64,000 nt of DNA. Origin: Felis catus. Taxonomy: Eukaryota. The notes under the pieces were generated by a model. It searched no databases, was not told the DNA's origin, and saw only the letters and a list, made by a program, of their open reading frames with translations. This document shows positions 36,001 to 49,600 of this stretch, piece after piece (position 1 is the stretch's first letter; every line of letters begins with the position of its first letter). Location: positions 111,416,001 through 111,480,000 of the forward strand of contig NC_058368.1 in NCBI RefSeq assembly GCF_018350175.1, in the 5' to 3' direction. The position numbers were made by a program, and so were the translations under genes.

Positions 36001-38734
36001 GTGTAATTAATCACTTGACAGTATAAAAAAATACTCTAATGACCAGTTTGGAGCCTTGTAAGGTATTTTTTTGGTGGATTATGGCATCTCTTTCCTATTT
36101 GTATACCTAGGATAAATTCAGCTCCTAGGGTAACCTGGGTGCCCTACTTGGGAATCTGGATTGCCATCATAGTTTCTGCTCAGATGTCGGTTGGAAAAGA
36201 GGGGTGAAAATATAACGTGGGTGTGCCCAGCACCGTACTCTCACATGGCCTTTCTCCGTTGCTTCGTCCTCTCCCTCCTTACCTTACTAGGTCTTCCTGG
36301 TTGGCTTTTCTGTCCTCTCCTACCACACCCAAGTTCCGGGGGTGGGGTGGGGGAAGGGCAGGGACTATGTCCCAGGGCCCAGAGTCCAGAATGGTGCTTG
36401 GTGTAGAGCAGCAGATTGGCATATATGAATAGCCTATACCTTCAGGGGCAGACTGTTCAGGAGATGCCGAATCTTCCAGATGCATTAAAGGTTTCAGGTC
36501 CTGTACGGAAAGCAGAAACATAAGTAATTTTGCTGCCTACAGTTCTTTTTTCTCCTCCATCTTGCATTACAGTTAGAAGCACATGTATGATTTTGTTCTT
36601 AACTGTGTCACTTGATGTTCTGAAGGGGATAGGCATCATGAGGTGGCTGGTGATGAGGCTACCTTACCATGTAGCCACTTGCATGATCCCTCCCTAGATT
36701 TAGCCTCCAGAGGGCCCGGGAGCTACGTATGTCCAGTGGCCACAGACACAACCTTAGAAGGCTGATTTTGAGAATAGAAATAAACCTTATTTTAGAAGAC
36801 CTTATTTTCAAAGAGAGGTATTACTTCCTCTCAACTCAGAGATGACTTAAATCTTAAAATAATCCTTGAAGTGCACAGTGCCAGCTTTTATCACTCATTA
36901 ATGCCATGTTACTTTAAGTCGTTTAGATCGGGGGAAATGGCTGATCGGAAGCCAAATGGGCCAACTTTATAGCACTACATATGCACAAAGCACTTTTGCA
37001 TGCATTGGCTTATAAGGCACTATGTAGTTTGGTTCTTTCATAAGTAACATCTCATGTTGAGACATGAAAACTGGTACTCACTGCATTTTTATTTAGAATT
37101 TTGTTTTAAACCGTGCAAAACAGCATTGTATAATTGTTTTTTCAGATGAGAATATATAAAGTATATATTTCTGATGTTGAAATCCTCACTTGGCAAATTT
37201 TGGCTGTTTTAATATAGTTGCTATTGGATGAACAAATAGATTTCACATGAACCATTTTTCATTTATTGTATCAACAAACATTTTTTAAAACACATGCAAC
37301 TCTTCCTTCACTAAACTATTAAAAGAGAAGTTGCCCTTTAAAATAAGAAACTTTTGTTGTAATTAGCCCATGTTGTACATCTAATATTGTAATACTCTGG
37401 GTCTGTAATTAAAAATGGGCTCTGCTGGACGGTGTTGGGAAGAGGCACAGAAGAAAGTTACAATACATTGCCTATTTACAAATTAACCATTACCTGCCAA
37501 AAGCACATCAGACCCACACAGCGGACATCCGCTAATCCAGTGGTTAGCCGTTCCGGGCTCTAATGCACACTGTTTTACACGTTAACGGTTTTGAAGTTCC
37601 AGGCCAGAGCTGACCTTTCACATGTGCTCCGTTCACAGTAGGAATCTCCACTCACTGCTTCCTGTCAGAATGGATTATGGTGACACAGCCCAGGGCTCAC
37701 TTTGGCTGCAATTAAGTTTTTGATCAGAATTATTTCGTTCACAAACAATCACATTTGTTAAAATGTTACATCTGCCCTGAAAACCACTGGCAGCCTCTCA
37801 GTTTATCAGTGTGATGTGACTGTAATTCTTCATTTGTTTTTCATAAAATGGCAAACCACGTTATATAGGTTATTTTTTTTTTTTTCTTTTGCTGGTTTCT
37901 GCCTTTCATTTCATTGGGCTTGGGAGGAAACTAGGTCTTGAAATTAGAATGAATCTACTCGTAGACTTTGGGAATTTGAATGGAATTGTCTTTGGTGCAG
38001 AACAAAATTATCCAATTGAGCCAAGACTCAAACATTATTTCCGAAAATTGTTAGTGGTGGTTCTGTTTCTCACACGAGGAAACGTTTTAGCTTCGTGAGT
38101 GTGGGGGTTCGAGGTTTTGCTTCTTGGTCTGCAGTTCTGTAGTCTCTGTGCCTACTGTGTTGCAGCCTTTCAGTATTTATCATAATGCACATCTCAGAAT
38201 CCATCACTATTGCCTCTGACCTTGGGTACCAGAGGCGAAACTCGCTCTCGCTCTGTCAGCCTCACCTCTCATGGTGCTTTGGCTAGTTTTTAAAAGTGAT
38301 TTTCTCACTGAGAAATGGCAGCACTGAGATACCCTGAAATAGTTTTTTTGTTGAGTAACCGTTTTGCCTCTGTAACATGGTGTGGATATTAGTGGCACTT
38401 TGAGTTTTACAGCTGATTTTCAGTGTTGAGTGTTGTCACCCTTTCGAGAAGTACCCCCCTTTGGAGCAGAGACGGTGATGTGGTGGTTTTGTGTGTTGGG
38501 TGGGGCAGTTTGGGAGCGCAGGGCTGGAGTTTGGATTGGAGTTTGTACCTCTGACTTAATGAAATGAACCTCTGACTTAATTTTTGTGTGAGAAGCAGAT
38601 GGGAATCTGGTGCTGAGGTAGTGCTGGGCAGTGGGAGGTGATAGAGTTAGTAGGGTGTGAATTTAGGAATGCTTGAATGCTGTCTGAAATTCAAGCATTA
38701 GGTTTAGAAATTTTAATTACCTTTTTTTAAGTGT

Positions 38735-39842
38735 TTTTTTTTTTTTTTTTTTTTTTTTTAAGAGAGAGGAAGAGAGAGCACGCAAGAGGGGGAGAGAGGC
38801 AGAGAGAGGGAGAGAGAGAATCTTAAGCAGACTCCATGCTCAGTGTGGGGCCCTACACGGGGCCCTCATGACCTGAGCTGAAATCAAGAGTAGAACACTC
38901 AACTGACTGAGCCACCCAGGTGCCCCTAAAAATTTTAATTACTTTTAATATATATATTTAGAATGCTATTAAAGGAATTTATTACCAGGTTTTAAATTAT
39001 TGTGTTAAAACCCAAACCATTTCCCATTTGTTTTGATGTAATGAAACTTAACTTTTTACTAACTCATAAAATTACAAGTGGCAAAAGAAATGTGTTGCAT
39101 CAAAAAAAATCTGTTTACCTTTAGTTTTTTAAGCTTTTCAATGAAGTAGAACCTACCTAAACTTGTAAAGGCCAAAGTCTTTACTTAAATGAAATGTAAA
39201 TACTAGCTATAGTAATTTAACCTTCATTTTCTCTGTTGTCAGTTGTGAGCAGATTTTTCTTAAGTTACATCCCATTACCATGGTGTTTTTCGTCTTTAAA
39301 AAATACTGTATTTGAAATATGCCTGCCCATATTTACTGTTTAAAGGAAGTATTTTTTTATTTTTATTTATTTATTTATTTATTTATTTTTTTATTTTTTT
39401 ATTTATTATTTTTTTTTCAACGTTTATTTATTTTTGGGACAGAGAGAGACAGAGCATGAACGGGGGAGGGGCAGAGAGAGAGGGAGACACAGAATCGGAA
39501 ACAGGCTCCAGGCTCTGAGCCATCAGCCCAGAGCCTGACACGGGGCTCGAACCCACAGACCGCGAGATCGTGACCTGGCTGAAGTCGGACGCTTAACCGA
39601 CTGCGCCACCCAGGCGCCCCAGGAAGTATTTTTAAAGAAAATACTGAATAGTATTGAAATTCGAGAAAAAACACCAACCTAGAAACTTCTCTTTTAGCTG
39701 TCATTGGTCAGTTCTGCCCTGCTTTCTTAGAAAGTATATACAGATGGTGGCCAGACAGGGTTTCTAACTTTATTACAAGCTTATGTTAATATAGTCATTG
39801 ATTTTCTTAAAAAAAATTTTTTTTAAATGTTTATTTATTTTT

Positions 39843-39883
<41 letters not shown>

Positions 39884-40052
39884 CGTGTTAGCCGGGGAGG
39901 GGCAGAGAGAGAGGGAGACACAGAATCTGAAGCAGGCTCCAGGCTGTGAGCTGTTAGCGCAGAGCCGGATGCAGGGCTCGAACCCACGAATTCTGAGATC
40001 GTGACCTGAACCAAAGTTGGATGCTTAACTGACTGAGCCATCCAGGTGCCCC
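38735..40052 (-). mobile_element. Three Can-SINEs: 38735-38926, 39352-39620 (TSD aggaagtattttt), 39816-40052 (TSD tagtcattgattttctta)
   Basis: Reverse-complement SINEC bodies with visible TSDs. Confidence 0.93.
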
Positions 40053-41500
40053 TAGTCATTGATTTTCTTATACTCATTTTTTTCCCTGAGATTCTGGAAT
40101 TTTTAGAACTTTATATCTATGACCAGGTATGCCCATGTGATGTGTGTGGGTCATCTGCTGAGTCATAGGAACCTTCATCATCTTTGAAGGGGGTTTTCAT
40201 TGAAATCTGAGGCAGTCAGGAGAAAGAGTAATGCAGAGTGCCTTACCTCAATCAGTGCCAAAAAGCAGAGACTACTGAAATCCTGTACAGCATCTACAAT
40301 GTGTAGACATGATCTCTAAGCCCCAAACCTTCAGTATATGTAAGGAAGACAATGGATGAAACACATAAGAAGGTTTTAAAGTGCTCTTCTGGGAGAGGCC
40401 GAGACAGATAATTGTGACTTGGGGTCTGCTCTCACAATATATAAAACTGAAAGATAAATTGGATGCTTAACTACCTTAAAGTTTTACTAGATCTTTTAGA
40501 AACACTTCTGAGGTCCCAAATAGGTCATTTATGCCAGACAAAGAACTCCAGATTCTTTCCTAACTACCATGAAAAGATAAACCCTCACTTCCTAAATAGT
40601 ATGACTGCTGGCTTAGAGAGACCCCAAGTCCATGCTGTGAGAAGAATCTTTTTTTAAAATCATCAAGGAACACAGCACTTATCTCTGTATTCTGGTCATC
40701 ACATCACCCAGTGGGAGGAACGCTACCATCATTGGTCTACCCCCTTCCTTCCGTGGTTGGGAAGTCAAGACTGGGAGGGAGGAGTAAGTACCCGCGGTGG
40801 GAGTGCTAGGCCTCAACTCCAAGAACATGTTCCCCTTCTCAGTCTCCGGACTTTCTGTATCTCAGGACTATTCAGGCACTTTTCCGTAGCATTCTGCATG
40901 GGCTCAGAAGGATTTAAAGTCAAAGCAGAACATCTCTTTTGTAAAGAAAATTAATTCAAACTAAAAATTACAATGCATGCTTTTTCTGAGCCTCAGGGAT
41001 TTGGGCCAGGTAACTGCTGCGGTCCCTGCCAGCTCCAGCCCTCTTGGTCTCATGAAACATGGCTCCCTGGATCGTACGTGTCTTTCAGAACCACCCCCGA
41101 ATTTATTTCTGACCCCAGGCCCACTCTCTGTATTCACAGCTCAGCATATTTTTTGTTTTATTATAACCCCGGATTTACAACTGCTCATAATTCTCAAGGT
41201 TTCAATGAAGAAGACATTTCAGAACAGCAGGGTGGGCATGGCCCCCAGGTTTGTACTTGGTGCTTGAAGAAGATAAGGCACACTAAGAGGGTAATGAAGA
41301 TTTTTACCTCATTATGATAGCCTACCAGTATCATAATTTTGAAAGCCTAAGATGCAGATCATTTGAGATCTGTACTCATTTCTCTAAGCACAGAAGATAG
41401 AAGTACATACAGCAGTTTTGGATCCTGAGCCTTTTCACAGCCCCTCAGTGAATGGTCTTCTGGACAAAGAGGGGAGCTGAGTGTGAAGGTTGGGTGACAC

Positions 41501-41557
41501 GCCCCAGTCACATATGTGCCTGGAAGAATGCCCCAGTCACATATGTGCCTGGAAGAA
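41501..41557. repeat. Perfect 28-nt tandem duplication (gccccagtcacatatgtgcctggaagaa x2)
   Basis: Identical copies at 41501-41528 and 41530-41557. Confidence 0.97.
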
Positions 41558-42224
41558 ATATTTGAGGATAAGAACTTGGGTCCCAGAGAAGACTCCTACT
41601 CTGGGGATCTTTCCACAGGGCACACTGCCTGCGTGTTGGAGGATTTGATGACATTGTCCCTGTCATTTCAAGTCTGGTGGGTGGAGTGTTTGTTCTTACA
41701 GGTTCAGTTGTCATGGTTTTGGCACAAGACATTAAGCTAATTGGTTGCTTTAATGGGTCCTCACTTAAAGAGGAGTTTATCATCTGATGTTTTCACTGGG
41801 TATTGAAAAAAAGGAGTTAAACAAAACCTTATTTATTCCATAGTCCCCCAATTATACAGTTGCTCTTCTAGTTCTGCCCCTGCAACTCCACAATGTGTAT
41901 TGGTAGAGAATTCAAAGAGTCTTCAACGCTCAGAAGGCCTGGCTTGAAAAGACATACGTGGTATACATGTCTCTCCCAAACATGCTTGAACCATTTACAT
42001 GAAATAGTTTCTCAAAGAGAAGATCCCCCATTCTGTCTGAGATTGTGTGGCTTCCAAAAAGAAGTAAAGAAGACCGTGGAGCTAACTGGAAAATGGGTAG
42101 GATGTTTTAATGTTTTAAGAAAGTTCAGGGTACACAATAAATGAATATTATCACATCAGATGTGGGGGAAAGGCACAGGAAAAAAAATTATAATAGTTTT
42201 TCCTTTTTCTTTTTTAAAAATGTA

Positions 42225-43630
42225 TTAAAAAATTTTTTCTAATGTGTATTTACTTTTGAGAGAAAGAGAGAGAGAGAGAGAGACAGAGGCATGAGCGGGG
42301 GAGGGGCAGAGAGAGGGATACACAGAATCTGAAGCAGGCTTCGGGCTCTGAGCTGTCAGCACAGAGCCTGACATGGGGCTCGAACCCACAGACCATGAGA
42401 TCGTGATCTGAGCTGAAGTCACTTAACCAACTGAGCCCCCCAGGTACCTCTAAAAGATTTTATTTATTTTAAGTGATCTCTATACCCACTGTGGGGGCTT
42501 GAACTCACAACCCTGAGATCAGGAGTCACATGCTCTTCCTACTGAGCCAGCCAGGTGCCCCCATTTTTTCTTTTCCTAAATTTTCTGTTATGCTTAATTT
42601 TTCTCTTGTAGTGAAACTTTTAAAATAAAAAAGTACAGGAAACTTATTTTTGTATAATTAGCTTTTAGGTAAAGGAAAGAAATGGAAAAAGTATAACCTG
42701 ACATCAGGGATTTGTCCTAAACACACACTTGGATCCTTTGGAGTCTCAGTTCTCTCTCCTCTGTAAAGTAGGAATGATGAACCTGCTACATGGTGATGTA
42801 CTATTATTAGTAGCTGATACTCTTCAAGAAGATTTTTTTAAATGTTTATTTTTGAGAGGGAGAGACAGTGTGGGAGAAGGGACAGAGAGAGAGGGGAAGA
42901 CACAGAATCTGAAACAGGATGTAGGCTCTGAGCTGTCAGCCCAGAGCCTGGTGCAGGGCTTGAACTCATGAACCATGAGATCATGACCTGAGCCAAAGTC
43001 AGATGCTTAACCGACTGAGCCACTCAGGCGCCCCTAGCTGATACTCTTTTTTATTGAACATTGTGTGTGAAGGTGCTGTGCTTTGTAATTGGTACACATC
43101 ACCTCCTTGTGTCCAAATGGATCTTTACCTAGCCAGTTCATGTAGCTTGTTTGGGGTTTGGGTACAGAGCCCAGGTTTTGGATTCCTCAACTAATACTCT
43201 TTCAATCCATTGCACTGCTTCTCACGTAGTGGGTTGTTTTTCGGTGTTCTATTCCTCTGAAAATCAAGTAAAAATTTAAATAAATTAACCAAGTTTATCC
43301 ATTCCCCTGTTGATGGACATTTAGGTTCTTGGCACTGTTTATTATTACTGTCAGTTTTTTAACAAGCATCTTTGTGTCTCCTTGTGTACATATGTGAGAG
43401 TTTCCTTAGGTTATAGATCTAAAAATGTAATTGGTTGGGGGCACCTGGGTGGCTCAGTCGGTTAAGCGTCTGACTCTTGATTTCAGCTCAGGTCATGATC
43501 TCATGGTTCCTGAGATTGAGCCCCTCGTCAGGCTCTGTGCTGATTGTGTTGAGACTGCTTGGGATTCTCTCTCTCTGTCTCTCTGCCCCTTCCTTGCTCT
43601 CTCTCTCAAAATAAATAAAACTCAAAAAAA
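42225..43630. mobile_element. Four Can-SINEs: 42225-42450(-), 42452-42562(-), 42833-43035(-), 43438-43630(+)
   Basis: SINEC bodies; TSD tagctgatactctt around the 42833 copy. Confidence 0.9.
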
Positions 43631-46600
43631 TATAATTGCTGGGGCAAGTCTCTGGTATGCAGATTCACTTACTAACCTGATATACAGATTAATAAATGAA
43701 GGTTCAGGGTTGTGAGAAGTCAGAGCTTGGGGACAGTCACATTGTAGCTCATTGCCAAGACTTTTTTCATCAGAGAACCCTATCCATGCATGAGCCTAGA
43801 GTAACCTATAGTGAGCAGAGTCCTCATGATTTTCAGACTGATGCGAGCTGATTTTCAAGTGGTTCTGGAAGTGTGGGAAGGTGTACATACAGTGTAGACG
43901 TAATGAAAACGGGAATTAGCAAGTGGGCTGTCAGTCCAAGGTATGAGTACTTGAGGGCAAAAAGACCCATTTTTTACCAGAACTCACTCTTGATAGCACT
44001 AACTTGTAATGTCGCCAGTAATGTTGCAGGCTTATAACATGTCACCTTAAAAATTTACAACTATGCATAGTGTTAAATTCAAACCCAAGTTAATGAATGT
44101 CTGTTGTCTGAAAAAGGATACTTTCTGTTTAATTTCACAGATTGCATTTTCCGTTTAATTTCACAAGTCAAAAGGCTCCAGGTTGTGACAGAAATGTACC
44201 TATTTGCTGTCTCCGTTCCTGTACAGATGCCCGTGAAAACTGGTGCTGGTCAAGTTGGCTCAGGTTCTGCGCATGCTGGGACTGGCGGAACTGAGTTCAG
44301 ATGTTGCAGTGTCCACTTCAGTGGTGCTGGGGTTGGGATGTGCATGCCTCTTCTCTGCTCTCCCGTCTCATCCAGCTGTATTTTAATAATCTCATTGCTT
44401 TCACTGGATGAATCCTCTTGTCCACTGGTCTTTATAGGCAGACAGAGTTATATATATATATTTGTCTGGGTAAGCAAATCGATAAGCTTTCAATAAAGCG
44501 TATCAGACCATTTCTTTGGCAGGACCGACAAGAACAGCTTGTGAAGCAGAGCTGTTTCCAATGGAGCATGAAAAGCTTTGAAATTTCTCAGTAATAGCAG
44601 AGGGCAATATTTGAAACCATCCCTAAACAGTTGTTTTCCTCTTCCCTAACCAAGTTTATAAAAATTTGGTCAGACAGGCGTTTTGTTTTGTTTTGTTTTA
44701 AAATATTTTCAGTGTCTTGTTATCTGCTGAATGCACATGTGTTCCTGCACTTTTTCTTTCACGATTGAAACTTTAAACCCTTCCCTTAAGTCCCTCTAAA
44801 AACCTTCCTTTGCCCAGTACGGTTTGCATATGTGAGAAGGGTTGAAGGGATCTGGACCCTGGAGAAACCTCACGATTTGAAATCTGCCTGAGTTCACCAG
44901 GAATGGCCATGGTTAGTGCCATAGGGGCTCTTTGTCTTTCTCTCCTACCAAGATTCCTCACCCCAAAAAGACATTGGTTAATTGGGGTGTTTCAGTTTAG
45001 TTAATCACATCATGAGTGCCTGTGAACATAGCAAGAAGCAGGATTGAAGCGTTTATAAAAATTTGGCTCATAGTAAGTCCCATAATTTGTTTGAAAGAAT
45101 TACCTCTTCGGTGACATTAAAAAAAAAACAACACAAAGATTGTGGTTTATAACACCACACCTGGTCCAGATTGTACTGGATGAATCCATATTTGCTTCAC
45201 TGTAAATGATTTTGAGGGTGGAATTCTTGGATTGCTTTCTGTCTTGTAAGCCCTTGACATTGTACTGGTACCTGTGTGCGCACAGACCTCCTGACATGGG
45301 AAAGGCCGGCTCAGCCTCCCACTGAAATGGAGGTTGGCTGCATTTATTCTGCATGTTCCTAGAATGAGGAAATGATATGACAATAAACAGAAATGCCCTT
45401 GCTGAAGAGAGAAGGGAAGCTGGTGTTTATCTGGTCAGGTGGTTTAGATTAGCCATGATGCGGCTCTGTATTATGTTACTTTAAATCATTGTGTCCCAAC
45501 AGGACATAAATTATGAAGATTGTTACAGTATGTTTCATCCTATGTAAGATCAACAAATTGGAATAATTTTTTTATAGGAAAATCACAGTGCTTTTGGCAA
45601 GGCTATTGAAGCCTTTAATTTGACTTGAGTATTTCTAAAATATTATTGCCTAATATATAAAGTATGATTTGCATAAGGTATGAAATAATAAACTTTTAAA
45701 AACAAAAGGGAAGGATTTCTCTAGCAGCTGCATCAAATGGCAGAGCACTCCCATTCCATCCATATCTATATGTTTTCTTTGTCCCAGCGTCTTAGAGCCA
45801 GTTGTGTGCTCTTCCTCTAGTGGGATTGCAAATGAGCTGTGCAGGTCTTGGTGCAGACTTGGAGCTTCACTGTGTGCTGCCTGCCCATCAGCCCTCATGT
45901 GCACAGAGAAGGCAGCCGCTCTTTGGTGGAACAGAATGGGAGCCTGCCCTGAAGAGGGAAAACAGACTTTCCCATGCAGGACATGCAGGAAAACAAACCA
46001 TTTTTTTTCTTTCTTTCAGGTTATTAGGAATTACTAAAAAAAAAAAAAAAAAAAAAAAAGCAAAACCCCAAACTCCCCAAGTCCAACCTGATCAACAGCT
46101 GAAGCCAAGGTAATTTATATAGGAGTATTGCAAAAAGAATTGACCTAAGTAAGCACTTATTCTTTTGTTTCTTCTGTTCAGTACTGTTTCCTGCATTGTG
46201 AGCCTTATTTGTGAATTTTTAACACAGAGACTTAAATTTTTTTCATTTGTATTCAGAATACAACTGAATTTATTTGGCCACACGGAGCAAATTTTCTAGA
46301 TTAAAAAAAAAAAGAACAGCTCAGAATTCCTTTGTGTGATATTGAAACGGATTGGAACCTTTTCAGTGCACCACAGTAGCATGTGTTCTGTGCAAAGCGC
46401 TCTGCATGTTTTTATGAGACCTCCTCACACAGTGAAGTTAAGTAGCAGAGCCTCTGATTCACAGGGACTAGGAGAGGTGAGGGAGGTTTAGGATTCGCTC
46501 AAGGCCAGAGAATGAGACAAAGCTGGGATTAGAATTTTGCAGGATGAACTGACACCATCCACCAGACCTTCTGAGTCTTTTGATACCAAAAACAGGGTAA

Positions 46601-49600
46601 GTGCTAAGTCTGTTTTACTCTCTGTGTGTCTCAAGCCCTGAGAATATTCTTAATTCGTTAGTAATACTATTTAAAACACAGAAACAAGAAAGTCCCTAGT
46701 TTCAATCTGTTCACCATAGTAAGATCACTCCTTAAACCTCATCATAACAGGTTGAGGATGAATTCTGAATATATTCATGGTTTGCTTTAGCTCAGTGCCT
46801 GAAGACTCTGACAGGTTCAGGGACCTTTCCAAGTTCACAACCTATGTGTGCACTTTGAAACAAATAAATACAGATGCCTTAAGAGATGGTCTCTTTCCTC
46901 ACCAGGCTTCTTCTGGATTGACACTGTTTTCTCCGAAGTGGGTCTGGCAGGCTATTTGCTTGCAGTGATCCCTTGCAGCTGTCTATCACTGGAAGTCCTC
47001 TGCTGTATTATCAGGATCCCTGACTAGGCTTGAATATTTGTATTTGAGTGATGTATTTTTCTTACAGGAAACATTAGCAAATGTTGCCAAAACTGTACTT
47101 CAAAACTCTTAAAAGAAGAATTGATTGCATTTAGAACAAAGCAAAGGGAAGCCTAAGTATGAACTTGATGTTGTGACAGACCTTTTTATACCATCAGATA
47201 TTTTGTGATGTCCAGTGAGATGAGACCCTGTTTTACAAAATGTGTACTGTTTGTAGAAGATGTATTTTCTGTACAATTAAGCTAAACGAGGCGCTGCTTT
47301 GTTTCTTTAAAATAATTTTTGAGGCCTCCCTGACCCCTTGTCATGCCGTTTGGGGGAGTAGGTGTTCTTTCTGCTCTAAGCCCCTGGTCTCTTCCTTCAA
47401 CCCTTTTGGTTATTGTTGAAGGATCTCGACTTTGAGTTTAATTTTATATACTCCAGTTGTAGTGGGAGCTTTTTGCCTTCTCTCTCTCTTTTGAAATTTA
47501 TCTGACAATTTCATGTCAGATATACACTAGAATTACATAGTTGCACCTCTTAAAATGAGCCATTTGATTATAAAGAAGAAAAGGTAAGGAGTAGGCTACC
47601 ATTTTGCCTATTATTTGATTTTTAAAAATGTATTTGGCCAGATCTTCTCTATATCTTAGTGGTTTGGATGCATAAAGTTAAAGCCTAGGGACATTTTTCT
47701 ATATAGATTTGAATTTTTGTAAGTTTTATAATGATGACAATGCTAAGGGGCATCAATTCTAATTCTTTAAGAATCTAATTCATAAATTCTAATTTGCTAA
47801 AACAAAACAAAACAAAACACTTGGGTAGTCTTTGTAATACCTCTTACCTCATGAGACTCCTGAAAGTGAACAAATAGGGATTATCAGCTGGTTAGGAAAG
47901 AGAGCCTCCAAGGGGGCTTTTCCAAAGCAACTGGCTGGCAGTAATGAACAGCCACCGTGAACAGTGAGGCATCAGAAGTTATTTGACATTGGGAAACTCC
48001 GGGTAAACGGCTTCTCTCATGGATTCCCCTTGGGGTGATTTTGAAACCCTGGTTTCCCTCTGCTTTAGGGGGAAAGGATGAACAGCAAATGGTCAAACGT
48101 GCTGATTCCAAGAGAGCAAAACTGAAGGATTGTGAGAAATTTTAGAAGCAGCTAATCAGGTGGAGCTGTTGGTATGCCGCATAGTAGCTGATTAGTAGCT
48201 GATGATGATGTGGGGAGATGTTATTTATTTACTTATTTAACTTTATTTATTTATATATATTTATTTATTTATGAGCATGACAAGATGGGTTTATTGAAGT
48301 TATTATGGATATCCCATGGGGAGGTGTAATTTAAACTTACGTGCAGAGAACTTTAGAAATGAGTAATGTCTTTTACGGAAGAGATCTTCTCAGCTTGTAA
48401 TCATCTTGTCCAGAAGGCTTTTTAGGCACACATCAGATATGTGGTATCTATCTAGTTAGAGGACTTTCCCTAAAAGTGGAACAGAAATAATGAGCTCTTA
48501 GGTAAAATTGTGGGTGAAGGTGTTTATGTTGGTTAAACTCTGCTGCCTGGAGAAGAATAGATACTCTTCCGTAGACCTCTGTCAAAGAGTTGTTTTCCTA
48601 CCCTGGGAATTTAGTCGTAATTTACTAATGTAATTATAAATCCTAGTTCTGCAAAAGAAAATTATTTTGCAGCTTGCTTCATTTAACAGTATATGTTGAA
48701 GGTAGTACCATGTAATTAGCTAAAAGCTGTCTTATTTTTCTGAATGGCTGTTTAGGATATTAGGGTAATTGCCAAAAATGGTGACTTAAGAACTTTTCTT
48801 TTTTTTATTAAGGCTCTGCAGTGTTACGGTTCTGTGAGCACAGGTTTTGAAGGTAATGTGTAGGAAGTGAGCCTGCTATCTCTCGGGTAGTATACTTATT
48901 ACCACCAGCTGAAGGGGCACTAACTTAGCCTACAGCGTTGTAGAGCAGGCTGCTCTTTCAGTAGCTTGTGGGCATTGTCTCAAGTGTCCGGGGAAGCCAG
49001 TTTTAAGTTCAGAGTGGGATATTCTTGGCTTGAGTTATTGGAGATGTTGCACTCTGTGGTGGATCAAGTAGAAGGCAGGTAGATTAGCGGCCTGGGACTG
49101 GTGAGGGTTGTATCTATCCCCAGACACATATACGGACTGCCTAGGGGGTGGTCCTCAGGTAAGATCTTTAGTCTGGCTCTTCAGGGAGACATGCGTCACG
49201 TGCTTGGCTAAGATGCTTACTGACAGAGTGCCGGTTCCACTGGAAATCTTTCTATGAAGAAGATCTACCCACTGGAAGATTTCCACTGGAAATCTACCCA
49301 CTCAGAGAAAGTTTTCCGTATGTTTCTGATTTTTCTCATCCTTGCAAGGGTGACTTTCTTTGGTCTTCCAGTGGTTCTTATACTAGGTTCAGAAAGGAAT
49401 TCTTCCTCTCCGGGCTCTAGACACTATAATATTAAAATGTTGCTGATGATAATAATCACTAGCATTAACTGAGTGCCGGATAGAATGCCCAGTAAACTGC
49501 AAAGTATGTTAAAGAAATTACATTTTTACGTAAGAAGAAACTGAGGCTCATTTCAAATGTTAAGTGCTTTCTCAGAGATCAGATAGCTAGTAAATAGCAG

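Noticed and set aside
38547..38581. 14-nt direct repeat acctctgacttaat
   Set aside because: Short local duplication with no element between the copies; ordinary microduplication.
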